Source: an uncultured delta proteobacterium
GTDB taxonomy: Bacteria > Desulfobacterota > WTBG01 > CAIYCZ01 > CAIRTM01
Length of the DNA: 64,000 nt
Assembly (NCBI GenBank): GCA_963804955.1
Contig: CAWDSQ010000013.1
Span: 32,001-96,000, forward strand
Direction of reading: 5' to 3'
The position numbers and the translations under genes are program-made. Below are positions 20,754-31,744 of this stretch, piece by piece. The first letter of the stretch is position 1. Each line of letters begins with the position of its first letter. The notes under the pieces were generated by a model. That model was not told the DNA's origin. It did not search any database and worked only from the letters and a program-made list of their open reading frames with translations.

Positions 20754-21686
20754 ATGCACTCATCACTACACACCTCCAAGCAATCAGCTCCTCTTCATTT
20801 TCTGGTTGTGGACGATAATCCGACAATCACCCGACTTATCGAACTGCAAATGAACAAAGCCGGCTACTGCTGCGACACCGCAGCAAACGGCGAGGACGCT
20901 CTGCAAAAAATAAATAAAAATATTTTTGATCTTGTCATAAGCGACATCTCCATGCCGGGAATGAACGGTCTGGAGCTTCTCACATCAATAAAAAAGAAAA
21001 AGCCGCACCTGCCCGTACTTATCATAACCGGCCATGCAACCATCGAAAATGCCGTAAAGGCGCTTCGCCTGGGAGCGATCAACTTTATTACAAAACCCAT
21101 CAGGTTTGATGAAGTCTTTGAGACAATCAATAAGGTTATCGACATCAACAAGCAAAGAAAAGCCATTCACACATCGGCCAAATACCTTATTCAGGAAGCC
21201 AGGCATTTTCTCATCCCGACAAACGAACTGTATGTCAGCGACCTTGCGACATATTTGACCGAACCCCTGGAACAAATCTCCCTGGTTGATACAGCCTGCA
21301 GAAAAAGCGTGACAATGGCCATCTACGAAACGCTCACAAATGCTGTTGAGCATGGCAATCTGGAGCTGGATTCATCGATTAAATTCAGCGCCAATGGCGG
21401 CATGGCAGCTTTCAAAAAAATCAAGGAGCAACGCATGCAGGATCCGGCATTTGCCTCGCGCAAAGTAACAATCCAGAGCGCCATTACTGCAACGATGGCG
21501 CAGTTCACCATCATCGATGAAGGCGAAGGCTTTGATTATACCGCTCTTGTTAACCCCACGACCGAAGACTGCATTGAAAAACCCCATGGCCGCGGCATTT
21601 TTCTTATACAGCAAATATTTGACGAGGTCAGATTCAATCACCCCGGCAACAGCATCACTCTCGTACTGCGCAAAAAAACCATCTAA
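20754..21686 (+). CDS. Response regulator with RsbW-like ATPase/kinase output domain
   Basis: REC (LVVDD, DISMPGMNG, FITKP) plus ETLTNAVEHGN, DEGEGFD, HGRGIFL. Confidence 0.9.
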   Translation: MHSSLHTSKQSAPLHFLVVDDNPTITRLIELQMNKAGYCCDTAANGEDALQKINKNIFDLVISDISMPGMNGLELLTSIKKKKPHLPVLIITGHATIENAVKALRLGAINFITKPIRFDEVFETINKVIDINKQRKAIHTSAKYLIQEARHFLIPTNELYVSDLATYLTEPLEQISLVDTACRKSVTMAIYETLTNAVEHGNLELDSSIKFSANGGMAAFKKIKEQRMQDPAFASRKVTIQSAITATMAQFTIIDEGEGFDYTALVNPTTEDCIEKPHGRGIFLIQQIFDEVRFNHPGNSITLVLRKKTI

Positions 21687-21865
21687 AAAAAACGTTAAGC
21701 ATGCCAAAACAGCAGCAAATAAATATTACAATGAAAAGTTTTTATTTGAAAAAAACTGTTTATTATGATAGGTTTTATTATTTTTAGAGGCTTCAGTACC
21801 GTGTTTGGAAACAACCAGTACCGACAAGAAGCTATACATTCAAATACATGGAGGGTTATCGAACA

Positions 21866-22093
21866 ATGTCACGCATATGCAGTATTTGCGGCAAAGGCCG
21901 TCAGGTTGGAAATCAGGTAAGTCATGCCAACAACAAATCCAAAAAAGTCTGGCAGCCCAACATTCAGAAAGTACGCACCGTACAAAACGGAACGACCAAA
22001 CGCGCATATATCTGCACGCGGTGCATACGATCCGGCTTTGCGCAGAAGCCTGTTCGCAAGGCAGCCCCCAAAGCTGAGACAGCAACAGCATAA
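21866..22093 (+). CDS. rpmB: 50S ribosomal protein L28
   Basis: [10 protein letters not shown]...[20 protein letters not shown]...ICTRCIRSG. Confidence 0.95.
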   Translation: MSRICSICGKGRQVGNQVSHANNKSKKVWQPNIQKVRTVQNGTTKRAYICTRCIRSGFAQKPVRKAAPKAETATA

Positions 22094-22098
22094 CGGCT

Positions 22099-24258
22099 TC
22101 AGGAGCGCAGTCTGGTCACCTTTATAACGCCTTTGACTTGCCTGATGGAAGTCATGACTTCCTCAAGCTGTTTCAGACTGCCGATTTCAATCTCAAAAAC
22201 ATTGATGGCCTTTTTGTCAGGCGTTGTACGAATACGGGCATTGATAATATTTACTCCTGTAGTTGAAAAAGCTGCTGTAATGTCTGCAAGAATCCCCTTA
22301 ACATCGTCACAGATCACCTCAACGGGCACGGACGCCAGATGTTTGGAACTCACATCCCATTGGGCATCGAGAATCCGGTCAGGATCGGAACTTTGAAGGA
22401 AGGGGCATTCAGCGGTATGAACCGTGACGCCCCTACCCCGCGTAATAAAACCGCGGATATCATCTCCATGTACAGGGTTGCAGCATTTACCGTACCGCAC
22501 CATAAGATCATCTATGCCATTGATGCTTATGCCCCGGCCTGCCTTGTCAGTTGCTTTTTTATCAACTGAAGCGCCATAGTCCTTGTCATGTTTTTTTTCA
22601 TCATGCTGTTCTTTTGGCATAATGCGGTTGATCAATTGCTTCACACTCACGCGGCCCTGGCCGACTGCGGCAAAAAGATCATCCAGGGTTTTCACATCCC
22701 GGCCTGCACAGGCAAAGAGATCCGTCGCTTTGTGAAGGCTTGCAATACCCAGCTTATGCTTGCGCAACTCCCGTTCGCATATATCACGCCCCAGCGCCAG
22801 GCTCCTTTCACGCTCCTGCAGCTTGACAAACTGGTGAATCTTGTTGCGCGCGCGCGTGGTTTTGACAAATTTAAGCCAGTCCCGGCTCGGCATATGGTTT
22901 GCAAGAGTAAGAATTTCAACCACATCGCCGGTTTTCAGTTCATAGCGCAGCGGGACAATGGCGCCATTGGCCTTGGCGCCGATACACTTATTACCGATAC
23001 TTGTGTGAATGCGATAGGCAAAATCAACAGGGGTTGCCCCTTTGGGCAGCTGAATCACCTCGCCGGCTGGCGTGAATACATAGACCTCATCAGGGAAAAT
23101 ATCCACCCGAAACGTTTCAAGAAAATCCCGTGAATCCTTGAGCTCACTCTGCGTTTCCATAACCTGCTGGAGCCAGGCAAAGCGATGGTCATCCTTCTGT
23201 TGAATGTAGCGTCCTTCCTTATAGCGCCAGTGAGCGGCAATACCCTGCTTGGCTATCCGATCCATATCATCTGTGCGAATCTGAATTTCAATCCGCTGGC
23301 CATACGGCCCGATCACTGTGGTGTGCAGGGACTGATACATATTTGTTTTGGGCATGGAAATATAATCTTTAAATCGTCCGGGAACCGGCTTCCATATCGA
23401 GTGAATCATACCGAGAACTTCGTAGCATTCCTGCCGTGACACAACGATGATGCGAAACGCGGTGATATCATAAATTTCCGTAAAATTCAGATTTTGCTCG
23501 ATCATCTTGTTGTAGATGCTATAAATATGCTTGGGTCGTCCCTGCACCACTGCCTTGATCCCGAACTCCTGAAGCTTTTCCTCGATGATGCCGATCACTT
23601 CGGCAACATATTTCACCCGCTGTTCTGCCGTAACAACAAGATTACGCTCAATATCCAGATACACCTCCGGATGCGTATAGCTCAGGCCCAGGTCTTCAAG
23701 CTCACTTTTAATCTCATACAACCCCAAACGATTTGCAAGAGGTGCATAAATCTCAAGGGTCTGATGGGCGATCTTCTTCTGTTTGTCCGCAGGCACATAT
23801 TGCAGGGTGCGCATATTGTGAACGCGGTCCGCCATTTTTACAAGTATCACCCGTATGTCTTTGGACATCGCAAGTATCATTTTTCGGAAATTTTCAGCCT
23901 GGCGCTCCTCGTGGCTTGTGCTGGCAATTTTGCTGATTTTAGTTACGCCATCAACTAAAAACGCCACTTCATGGCCGAAAATCTTTTCGATTTCGTCAAG
24001 AGTGGCGTAGGTATCTTCAACTGTGTCGTGCAGAAGACCGGTGGAAACCGTATACTCGTCAAGGTTCAAATCGGCAAGAATTTTTGCCACGCCCAGCGGA
24101 TGTATCAGGTAAGGTTCGCCCGACAGACGCGTCTGTCCATGATGCACTTTGGCAGAATAGACATAGGCTCTCTGCACAAGTCCCGTATTAGCCTCAGGAT
24201 GATACGAGACCACCTGCTCTATGATATCATTTATGCGAACAACAATCGGCTTGTTCAT
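22099..24258 (-). CDS. spoT: Bifunctional (p)ppGpp synthetase/hydrolase (RelA/SpoT)
   Basis: HD domain LLHDTVEDT, synthetase YQSLHTTV...EIQIRT, TGS and ACT domains. Confidence 0.95.
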   Translation of the reverse strand: MNKPIVVRINDIIEQVVSYHPEANTGLVQRAYVYSAKVHHGQTRLSGEPYLIHPLGVAKILADLNLDEYTVSTGLLHDTVEDTYATLDEIEKIFGHEVAFLVDGVTKISKIASTSHEERQAENFRKMILAMSKDIRVILVKMADRVHNMRTLQYVPADKQKKIAHQTLEIYAPLANRLGLYEIKSELEDLGLSYTHPEVYLDIERNLVVTAEQRVKYVAEVIGIIEEKLQEFGIKAVVQGRPKHIYSIYNKMIEQNLNFTEIYDITAFRIIVVSRQECYEVLGMIHSIWKPVPGRFKDYISMPKTNMYQSLHTTVIGPYGQRIEIQIRTDDMDRIAKQGIAAHWRYKEGRYIQQKDDHRFAWLQQVMETQSELKDSRDFLETFRVDIFPDEVYVFTPAGEVIQLPKGATPVDFAYRIHTSIGNKCIGAKANGAIVPLRYELKTGDVVEILTLANHMPSRDWLKFVKTTRARNKIHQFVKLQERERSLALGRDICERELRKHKLGIASLHKATDLFACAGRDVKTLDDLFAAVGQGRVSVKQLINRIMPKEQHDEKKHDKDYGASVDKKATDKAGRGISINGIDDLMVRYGKCCNPVHGDDIRGFITRGRGVTVHTAECPFLQSSDPDRILDAQWDVSSKHLASVPVEVICDDVKGILADITAAFSTTGVNIINARIRTTPDKKAINVFEIEIGSLKQLEEVMTSIRQVKGVIKVTRLRS

Positions 24259-25973
24259 ACCTCTGGCTGTTTCAGCCGGTGCTCAATGACGGCAACCGCA
24301 TCGTCAATCGCCACCTGCTGGGCCTCTCCGCCTTTTCTCTCCTTGATATCAACGTATTTTTTTTCTACTGCATTCTTGCCGACCGTCACGCGGAGGGGTA
24401 TTCCTATCAGGTCTGCATCCTTAAACTTGCTGCCGGGACGCTCGTCACGGTCATCGAGCAGCACTTCCACTCCCTTCGCGGCAAGCCCGTTGTAGAGATT
24501 AACAGCTAGAGCCATCTGCACGGCATCATTGGTATTGACCGGAACCACAATAACAGAAAACGGCGCTATCGGTTCAGGAAAAATAATACCGTTTTCATCA
24601 TGCGACTGCTCAATTGCAGCGGCAACCGTGCGGCCAACACCAATACCATAGCAGCCCATGATCATCGGCTGGGCCCTGCCCTCGCGATCAAGATAGCTGC
24701 AGTTCATTGCCTTGCTGTATTTCGTTCCAAGCTTGAAAATATGCCCGACTTCGATACCGCGTGTGGTGGACAGAAGCTTATTGCAGCGAGGGCAGCTATC
24801 CCCGGCCTGCGCAGAGCGAAGGTCGGCAAACTCATCTACCGATACATCCCGCCCGAAATTTACGTTAACGACATGCACATCGCGCTCATTGCCGCCGGTT
24901 ACCATGTTACAGCAGCCCTGAAGGCCGAAATCTGCAACCATGCGGACATTTTTCATGCCGATCGGTCCGGCAAAACCCCGGGGTGCACCGGTGATTTTTT
25001 CGATCACCTCCTCCTCGGCAAGCTCCAGACCATCGCACTTAAGATAATTGCGCAGCTTCACCTCATTAATATCATGATCCCCCCGCACCAATGCGACAAC
25101 TGGGCCTTGCGTGCTGGTAAAAACAAGCGTCTTGATCAAATCCTTAGGCAAAACTTTCAGAAAGGCGGCAACCTCCTCAATGGTGCGCATATTAGGGGTT
25201 TCAATCCGTTTAAGTTCCTGGAACCCTGCGGGATCGACATCCGTAACGGCAGGTTGTGCAATTTCAGCCTTTTCCGTATTTGCGGCATAATCGCAGCCGG
25301 TGCAGGTAACGATAATATCCTCACCTGTGTCGGCAAGCACCATAAACTCATGAGAAAAATTGCCGCCGATAGGTCCTGTATCAGCCTCCACCGCCCTGAA
25401 GGTAAGCCCAAGGCGGCTGAAAATCCGGCTATAGGCTTCATACATCCTGCGGTAGCTTTCCTCAGCTCCTTTCTCGTCGACGTCAAAGCTGTAGGCATCT
25501 TTCATTATAAACTCGCGGGCGCGCATCATACCGAAACGAGGTCGAATTTCATCGCGGAATTTAATGTGTATCTGATAGAGATTAATCGGCAGCTGACGGT
25601 ATGAATTTACCGTCGAACGCACAAGATCGGTAATAACCTCTTCATGCGTCGGGCCCAGGCAAAACTGGCGATCGCCGCGGTCCCTGAGGCGGAGCATTTC
25701 CTTGCCGTACACCTCCCACCGGCCGCTTTCCTCCCAAAGCTCAGCGGGCTGAATAAAGGGGAGAAAAACCTCCTGGCCGCCTGCCCTGTTCATCTCTTCA
25801 CGAATAATCTGTTTCGTCTTCTGAATGACCCGCTGCCCCAGGGGCAGTGTCGAATAAATTCCTGCGGCAACCTTGCGAATCATGCCGGAGCGCATCATCA
25901 GACGATGGCTGGCAACCTCCGCCTCCGCTGGATCTTCGCGAAGAGTGGGAATCAATAACTGGGAATAGCGCAT
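24255..25973 (-). CDS. proS: Proline--tRNA ligase
   Basis: LGPTHEE, FRDEIRPRFG, GIEVGHIFKLGTKYS, MGCYGIG. Confidence 0.97.
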   Translation of the reverse strand: MRYSQLLIPTLREDPAEAEVASHRLMMRSGMIRKVAAGIYSTLPLGQRVIQKTKQIIREEMNRAGGQEVFLPFIQPAELWEESGRWEVYGKEMLRLRDRGDRQFCLGPTHEEVITDLVRSTVNSYRQLPINLYQIHIKFRDEIRPRFGMMRAREFIMKDAYSFDVDEKGAEESYRRMYEAYSRIFSRLGLTFRAVEADTGPIGGNFSHEFMVLADTGEDIIVTCTGCDYAANTEKAEIAQPAVTDVDPAGFQELKRIETPNMRTIEEVAAFLKVLPKDLIKTLVFTSTQGPVVALVRGDHDINEVKLRNYLKCDGLELAEEEVIEKITGAPRGFAGPIGMKNVRMVADFGLQGCCNMVTGGNERDVHVVNVNFGRDVSVDEFADLRSAQAGDSCPRCNKLLSTTRGIEVGHIFKLGTKYSKAMNCSYLDREGRAQPMIMGCYGIGVGRTVAAAIEQSHDENGIIFPEPIAPFSVIVVPVNTNDAVQMALAVNLYNGLAAKGVEVLLDDRDERPGSKFKDADLIGIPLRVTVGKNAVEKKYVDIKERKGGEAQQVAIDDAVAVIEHRLKQPEV

Positions 25974-25998
25974 CTGTGTTCTCCTTTACAGTTTCAGC

Positions 25999-27063
25999 TC
26001 ATATGCTTTTTGAAAAATCAATAATCTCTTTCATAAACTCTTCCATCAGCCTGTCCTTGGGGCATTTCCTGACGATTTTCCCCTTCTTGAATATAACCCC
26101 GACACTCCGGCTGCCGGCAATGCCGATATCTGCCTCTTTTGCCTCGCCAGGGCCATTCACTTCGCAGCCCATGATGGCAATTTTGATTGGATAGGGAAAA
26201 TCAACCAGCTTTTTTTCGACCTGCTTAGCCATGCTGATGACGTCAATCTGCCGCCTGCCGCAGGTAGGGCAGGATATAAGTTCCGGCCCGCGGCGCCGTA
26301 TGCCGAGGCATTTGAGCATCTCATAGGCCACGCGGACTTCCTCCACCGGATCGGCGGAAAGCGATACGCGCATGGTGTCGCCAATGCCCTCGGCAAGCAG
26401 AATACCAAGACCGATGGATGATTTTATGGTGCCAGAAAAAAGCGTCCCCGCTTCCGTAACACCAATATGCAGGGGATAGCGCGTCTTCTTTGACAGCAGC
26501 CGGTACGCTTTAACGGTTGTGAGTACATCGGAAGATTTTATGGAAATTTTTATCTGGTTAAAATCCATTTCCTCCACAAGACGCACATTGGCAAGAGCGC
26601 TTTCCACAAGGGCCTCGGGAACCGGGTGGCCATATTTCCGTAAAATATGTTTCTCAAGCGAACCGGCATTGACGCCGACGCGAATGGACAAATTATAAGC
26701 CCCCGCCTGTTTGACAACTTCGGCAAGGCGCTGCCTGCCTCCTATATTGCCGGGATTTATGCGTATGCCGTGAACGCCGGCATCAATGGCAGCCAGCGCC
26801 AGGCGATAATTGAAATGAATATCTGCTATCACGGGAATGGCAGAACCTTTGACAATTGCAGGCAGCGCCGCCGCAGCAGTTTCATCGGGAACGGCAACCC
26901 GTATTATCTCGCAGCCTGACCGAACAAGCCGCCGGATCTGAGCAACCGTTGCTTGTACATCGCGGGTATCGGTATTTGTCATGGACTGCACGCTCACCGG
27001 CGCACCTCCCCCGACCGCAATAGAACCGACTTTGATTTGATAAGTCTTCTTGCGCTGTATCAT
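25999..27063 (-). CDS. ispG: HMBPP synthase
   Basis: VQSMTNT, ADIHF, RINPGNIG, SCPTCGR, MGCEVNGPGEA. Confidence 0.97.
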   Translation of the reverse strand: MIQRKKTYQIKVGSIAVGGGAPVSVQSMTNTDTRDVQATVAQIRRLVRSGCEIIRVAVPDETAAAALPAIVKGSAIPVIADIHFNYRLALAAIDAGVHGIRINPGNIGGRQRLAEVVKQAGAYNLSIRVGVNAGSLEKHILRKYGHPVPEALVESALANVRLVEEMDFNQIKISIKSSDVLTTVKAYRLLSKKTRYPLHIGVTEAGTLFSGTIKSSIGLGILLAEGIGDTMRVSLSADPVEEVRVAYEMLKCLGIRRRGPELISCPTCGRRQIDVISMAKQVEKKLVDFPYPIKIAIMGCEVNGPGEAKEADIGIAGSRSVGVIFKKGKIVRKCPKDRLMEEFMKEIIDFSKSI

Positions 27064-27983
27064 TGCTGCAGGCTTCCTACCACTTCAGAAAGCTGGGAGA
27101 GGTTCCTCTTCTGCAAATAGCTCTCGATCCCTTCCAGAATTTCATACGGGGCGTGGGGATTAACGAAAAGGGCTGTGCCGATCTGAAAAGCCTGAGCTCC
27201 GACGATCAAAAACTGCAGCGCATCCTGCGCAGTCATGATGCCCCCGAGGCCTATGACGGGGATTGTCACCCGCTTAAGGGTTTCCCACACCATGCGAAGC
27301 GCCAGCGGCCGGATAGCAGGGCCGGAAAGCCCGCCAGTGATATTGGCAAGAACCGGCATGCAGGTATCAACATCCACTGCCATGCCGGTGAATGTGTTGA
27401 TCAGCGACAGGGCATCTGCGCCTGCGTCCTGCACGCTTTTGGCAATGGCCCCGATATCAGTTACATTCGGTGTCAGCTTGACAATAAGCGGAAGCGTTGT
27501 CGCCTTTCGTATTTCTCCGGTGACTTTTGATGCCATGGCAGCATCTGTACCAAAACTGATTCCACCCTCCTTAATGTTGGGGCATGAAATATTGGCCTCA
27601 AGGCCTGCTATGCCTTCAACGTTAGTCAATCTTTCTGCAAGCTTGATGTAATCGGCAATTGAAGTACCGTAAAAATTAACAATTACCGGCGTATCAAATT
27701 GTCGAAGGTACGGCATCTTTTCTTTAATGAAAACTTCAAGGCCGACATTCTGCAAACCGATGGCATTAAGCATTCCGGAAGGAGTTTCAACTATGCGGGG
27801 CGGGGGGTTGCCCTGTGAAGGCTTAAGCGATATGCCCTTGGTGACAATAGCGCCTAGAAAATTATTATCTATAAACGAGGCATACGCCTCGCCGTAACCG
27901 AATGTGCCGGATGCCACCATTAGAGGATTTTTCATCCTGATTCCGGCTATATTCACACTGAGATCTATGGCTGTTTCAGTCAT
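27060..27983 (-). CDS. pyrD: Dihydroorotate dehydrogenase, family 1B catalytic subunit
   Basis: ASGTFGYG, NAIGLQN, NISCPN, KLTPN, GGLSGPAI. Confidence 0.95.
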   Translation of the reverse strand: MTETAIDLSVNIAGIRMKNPLMVASGTFGYGEAYASFIDNNFLGAIVTKGISLKPSQGNPPPRIVETPSGMLNAIGLQNVGLEVFIKEKMPYLRQFDTPVIVNFYGTSIADYIKLAERLTNVEGIAGLEANISCPNIKEGGISFGTDAAMASKVTGEIRKATTLPLIVKLTPNVTDIGAIAKSVQDAGADALSLINTFTGMAVDVDTCMPVLANITGGLSGPAIRPLALRMVWETLKRVTIPVIGLGGIMTAQDALQFLIVGAQAFQIGTALFVNPHAPYEILEGIESYLQKRNLSQLSEVVGSLQQ

Positions 27984-28779
27984 GGTTCCAGATTATATCC
28001 TTGCTGTCAAAAATCGGACCGTCGGCGCAAACCCGTTTATAGCCTGATTTGGTCTCAACAACACAGCCAAGGCATGCCCCGACGCCGCAGGCCATATGCG
28101 CTTCAAGTGACACTTGACAGGGAAGTGCATACTTTTTGGCAATCTCTGAAACTCTTTTTAACATCGGCTGAGGACCGCAGCTGAATATGTACGTGCTTTG
28201 GGTATTGATCTTTTCACTTTGAAGCATGTAAGCAAATGTTTCAGTAACAAAACCCTTATATTGTGCAGCCCCATCTTCAGAAACAACCACTAATTCAAAA
28301 TCATCATTAAGAAAGGATTTCCCAACAAGAGCTGTTTCTGCAAGTGTTTTTGAACCAAAAATGAACTCACGATTTAAATCAGGCAAGGCAACCAGGTATT
28401 GAGCAAGATATAGAAGCGGTGCAGTACCAATACCCCCGGCAACAAGCACTGCTGTCTTAATCGTATTTGGAATTATAAAACCGTTGCCCAGAGGACCAAG
28501 CAAATTTACATTATATCCCGGCTCGCAAGCCGACATAAACTGCGTGCCCCTGCCCTTCACCTGAAATAGAAGTTCAACCGCATCACCGCTGATCCCGCTC
28601 AGACTTATCGGCCGTCGAAGGAGCGGATCGGTGCCGTTCTGCACCTGAATCATGACAAACTGACCTGGCCGTGATTGTCGGGCAAGCGCAGGTGCATGGA
28701 GCACAAAATGAAACGTGCCGGGAATGACCTCACGCTTGGAAACAAGCTCAGCAGTATGGGCAGTAGCATTATGTATCAT
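27976..28779 (-). CDS. pyrK: Dihydroorotate dehydrogenase electron transfer subunit
   Basis: LLRRPIS, GPLGNGF, MACGVGACLGC, VCADGPIF. Confidence 0.93.
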   Translation of the reverse strand: MIHNATAHTAELVSKREVIPGTFHFVLHAPALARQSRPGQFVMIQVQNGTDPLLRRPISLSGISGDAVELLFQVKGRGTQFMSACEPGYNVNLLGPLGNGFIIPNTIKTAVLVAGGIGTAPLLYLAQYLVALPDLNREFIFGSKTLAETALVGKSFLNDDFELVVVSEDGAAQYKGFVTETFAYMLQSEKINTQSTYIFSCGPQPMLKRVSEIAKKYALPCQVSLEAHMACGVGACLGCVVETKSGYKRVCADGPIFDSKDIIWNHD

Positions 28780-29245
28780 TTCGACACGCTTGCTTTCGGC
28801 TAAAAACGGTCATACTCATAAGGACGGCATCTTCTCGTGTATCGGAATAATAGGCCTTCCGCAGCCCGGCTTTTATAAAACCCGCTTTTTCATAAAATTG
28901 ATGGGCTGCCGTATTGGACGCGCGAACTTCGAGAAAAAATGTCTTCACACCCCGGCACGTTGCTTCATGCATGACATACAAGAGAAGCTGAGAACCGTTG
29001 CCGCGGCGCTGATATTTTTTACTGAAAGCGATACGATTCACGGTGCATTCGTCACAGACAAACCAGGCATCAACATACCCGATAACGACGTCATCTTCAA
29101 CAGCCACATAGCAGTACGCGTGGTCGGCTGTTATATCCTGAAAAAACATTGCCCGCGACCACGGATCAGAAAAAACTTCCGCCTCAATTGCAACAACAGC
29201 ATCGAGATGCTTCTCGCACATTGCAGTGATCGTAATGCTGTTCAT
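28769..29245 (-). CDS. rimI: Ribosomal protein S18 alanine N-acetyltransferase
   Basis: QRRGNG, LEVRASN..A..FY...GF...G.RKAYY...EDA. Confidence 0.88.
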   Translation of the reverse strand: MNSITITAMCEKHLDAVVAIEAEVFSDPWSRAMFFQDITADHAYCYVAVEDDVVIGYVDAWFVCDECTVNRIAFSKKYQRRGNGSQLLLYVMHEATCRGVKTFFLEVRASNTAAHQFYEKAGFIKAGLRKAYYSDTREDAVLMSMTVFSRKQACRNDT

Positions 29246-29269
29246 ATCAGGCTATTGGTAGTGCGAAAG

Positions 29270-29689
29270 TTATTTGCCAGTCAGCTTTTGCTGCTGAAGC
29301 AGTTCGCTGGCTATGCAAATATTCTTCTGGCCATACGCCTTCAATTCACTTGCCAGTTCAGCAAGCTGCCTGCCATTGCTTCGCAGCGTAATCAGGCGTA
29401 TCAGCATGGGCAGGTTGACCCCCGTCAGAACTTCGACTTTGCCTTCTTCCAAAAACGATAGACTGAGATTCGATGGGGTTCCGCCAAACATATCGGTCAG
29501 CACGAGAACACCATTTCCCTTATTCACCTTTTGTATGGCTGCGGCCACCTTCTTCATGGAATCGTCAGGGGATTCATCAGGTTCAAAATTTACCGGGCAG
29601 ATATTTTCAATGTCTCCGACGATATTTTTAACGATACGGTACAATTCATCGGGAAGTCTGCAGTGACCGACAAGCACTATTCCAATCAT
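29270..29689 (-). CDS. PTS mannose/fructose-type IIA component
   Basis: MIGIVLVGH, VLTDMFGGTPSN, GVNLPML. Confidence 0.92.
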   Translation of the reverse strand: MIGIVLVGHCRLPDELYRIVKNIVGDIENICPVNFEPDESPDDSMKKVAAAIQKVNKGNGVLVLTDMFGGTPSNLSLSFLEEGKVEVLTGVNLPMLIRLITLRSNGRQLAELASELKAYGQKNICIASELLQQQKLTGK

Positions 29690-29742
29690 CCGGCAGGTAC
29701 TCCTTTCAACCATCCCTGTTGCCGCAGGTATGGAGGCGGTGT

Positions 29743-30609
29743 TTACTCTTTATCTATATCCCTGTGTTGAGCATAAACACCTGGTCGATGCTCTAAGAAA
29801 AAGGTCTTCAACATATTTACGAGCGCGACAGATCGGTGCTTGCCCCCTGTGCACCCAATGGCGACTGTTAAATACGATTTCCCCTCGCGCTCAAACAGCG
29901 GCAGCTGAAATAATAAAAAATCGCGCAGCCGATCGACAAACTCACGGGCATCCTGTCTGCTGAGGACATACTGCATAACCGAGTCGTCATTGCCGGTGAG
30001 ATTTTTCAGCTCAGGAACAAAATGGGGATTCGGCATAAACCGAACATCTATCACGATATCAGCTTCATGCGGCACGCCGTATTTAAAACCGAAAGACAGG
30101 AAGGTTAAGGTCATGTCGCGTTTTGAAATACCGTGAAAATAATCTTCAATAGTTTTTTTTAATTCATGAATATTCCATTCGGATGTATCGACAATGTGAT
30201 CAGACATGGATTTAATTTCTTTGAGCATCGAACGCTCTCGCATGATGCCATCAAGAACCGTGCCGCCTTCGCTCAATGGATGCTGCCGCCGCGTTTCGCT
30301 GAAGCGCTGCACAAGAATGGTATCCTCGCACTCCAGAAAAATAAGAACGGGGGCATGATGCGCCTGGAGAAGCTTTTCAAAGGTGTGCTTAAAATCCTTT
30401 AAAAAATTGCGCTCGCGTACATCCATAACAAGCGCGACCCGGGAAATCTCAAACGTAGAACTCTGGCAAAGTTCTATAAACATTGGCAAAAGCAAAATCG
30501 GCAAATTATCAACACAAAAAAAACCAAGGTCTTCCAGCGTACGCAAGGCCGTACTTTTTCCGGAACCTGAGAGCCCGCTCAAGATTATGATATCTATTTT
30601 CTTTGCCAT
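29743..30609 (-). CDS. rapZ: RNase adapter RapZ (YvcJ family)
   Basis: GLSGSGKS, CVDNLP, SFGFKYG, IGCTGGKHRSV. Confidence 0.95.
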   Translation of the reverse strand: MAKKIDIIILSGLSGSGKSTALRTLEDLGFFCVDNLPILLLPMFIELCQSSTFEISRVALVMDVRERNFLKDFKHTFEKLLQAHHAPVLIFLECEDTILVQRFSETRRQHPLSEGGTVLDGIMRERSMLKEIKSMSDHIVDTSEWNIHELKKTIEDYFHGISKRDMTLTFLSFGFKYGVPHEADIVIDVRFMPNPHFVPELKNLTGNDDSVMQYVLSRQDAREFVDRLRDFLLFQLPLFEREGKSYLTVAIGCTGGKHRSVALVNMLKTFFLEHRPGVYAQHRDIDKE

Positions 30610-30694
30610 AGTCCTTTGGGAGGGAAGTCATCCCGCCAGATGCAGATGGCGGGATGGCAAAAGATTCGGGTTAATTTCACAACGCATGCAACCG

Positions 30695-31164
30695 TCATGC
30701 AGTTATTTTTTCGTCTTCTTCAACCACTATAGTATACAGCGCTGCAGCGTCTGGCGCCCCAAGCAGATCGTCGCGAAAATTTTTCTCCTTCAGAAGCCGG
30801 GAAAGGCGTGCGAGAGCCTTGAGGTGCACCCCCGCAGAGTTAGATGGCGCAACCAGCAGAAAAATAAGGTGGGCGGGCTTTGCCGTCAAGCGAATCAAAC
30901 TCGATGCCTGCAATGCTGCGGGCAAACACCAGGCAGATATTTTCAAGACCGTCAAGCTTGCCATGCGGTATGGCAATGCCGTTGCCGATGCCGGTGCTCC
31001 CGAGTTTTTCGCGCTCAATCAAAACATGGTATAAATCTTTTAGATCTATACTATGTTTGCTGGCCGCAAGACATGCCACCATCTCTTCCAGAGCCAGTCT
31101 GCTTGGTTCCGGCCTTCAAGTCTGAAATAATCAGTTTTTCGTTCAAAAGTTCGCTTATTTTCAT
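30695..31164 (-). CDS. ptsN: PTS IIA-Ntr; multiple frameshifts
   Basis: Starts MKISELLNEK at 31164; EREKLGSTGIGNGIAIPHGK and HLKALARLSRLL lie in different frames. Confidence 0.85.
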
Positions 31165-31197
31165 AAATTAATCCCTGTCAATTCACGATGCAATCTC

Positions 31198-31731
31198 TTA
31201 AATATTTTCCGGCTCAATAAGCCCGAAATCACCATTCCGTCGCTTATACAGGACATTAACATTGTCCGTATCTATATTTTTAAAAACAAAAAACTCGTCA
31301 TCGTTCTGCCCTATCTGCAGCAAAGCGCTGTCAACACTCATGGTTTTTATAGAAACACTCTCGGACTTTACAATGCTCTGTTCACGTGATGCTGTGAGCT
31401 GTTCGGCTGAAAATACATTATGGAGGGCTTTTTTATGTTCTTTATGGCTGGTAATTTTATCTTTATGTTTCTTAACCTGCCGCTCGATCTTGTCCACCAC
31501 AAGATCAATTGAGGCATACATATTGTCTTCATGTTTCTCTTTAGCGGTAATTTTGGCCCGGTTTGCATGCACGATCACTTCGGCGATATGAGCGCGTTTT
31601 TCATGAGAGAGAATAATATGCACTTCAGTTATATTGCCCAGGTACTTTTCAATCCGCGAGACCTTATCCATGGCATAATCCTTCAATGCATCGCTTGGCT
31701 CAAGGTGGCGAAAAGTTACTGTTATTTCCAT
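31198..31731 (-). CDS. hpf: Ribosome hibernation promoting factor (long form)
   Basis: MEITVTFRHLEPSDALKDY, NMYASIDLVVDKIERQ, VNVLYKRRNGDFGLIEP. Confidence 0.92.
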   Translation of the reverse strand: MEITVTFRHLEPSDALKDYAMDKVSRIEKYLGNITEVHIILSHEKRAHIAEVIVHANRAKITAKEKHEDNMYASIDLVVDKIERQVKKHKDKITSHKEHKKALHNVFSAEQLTASREQSIVKSESVSIKTMSVDSALLQIGQNDDEFFVFKNIDTDNVNVLYKRRNGDFGLIEPENI

Positions 31732-31744
31732 AACGGCTCCTTTC

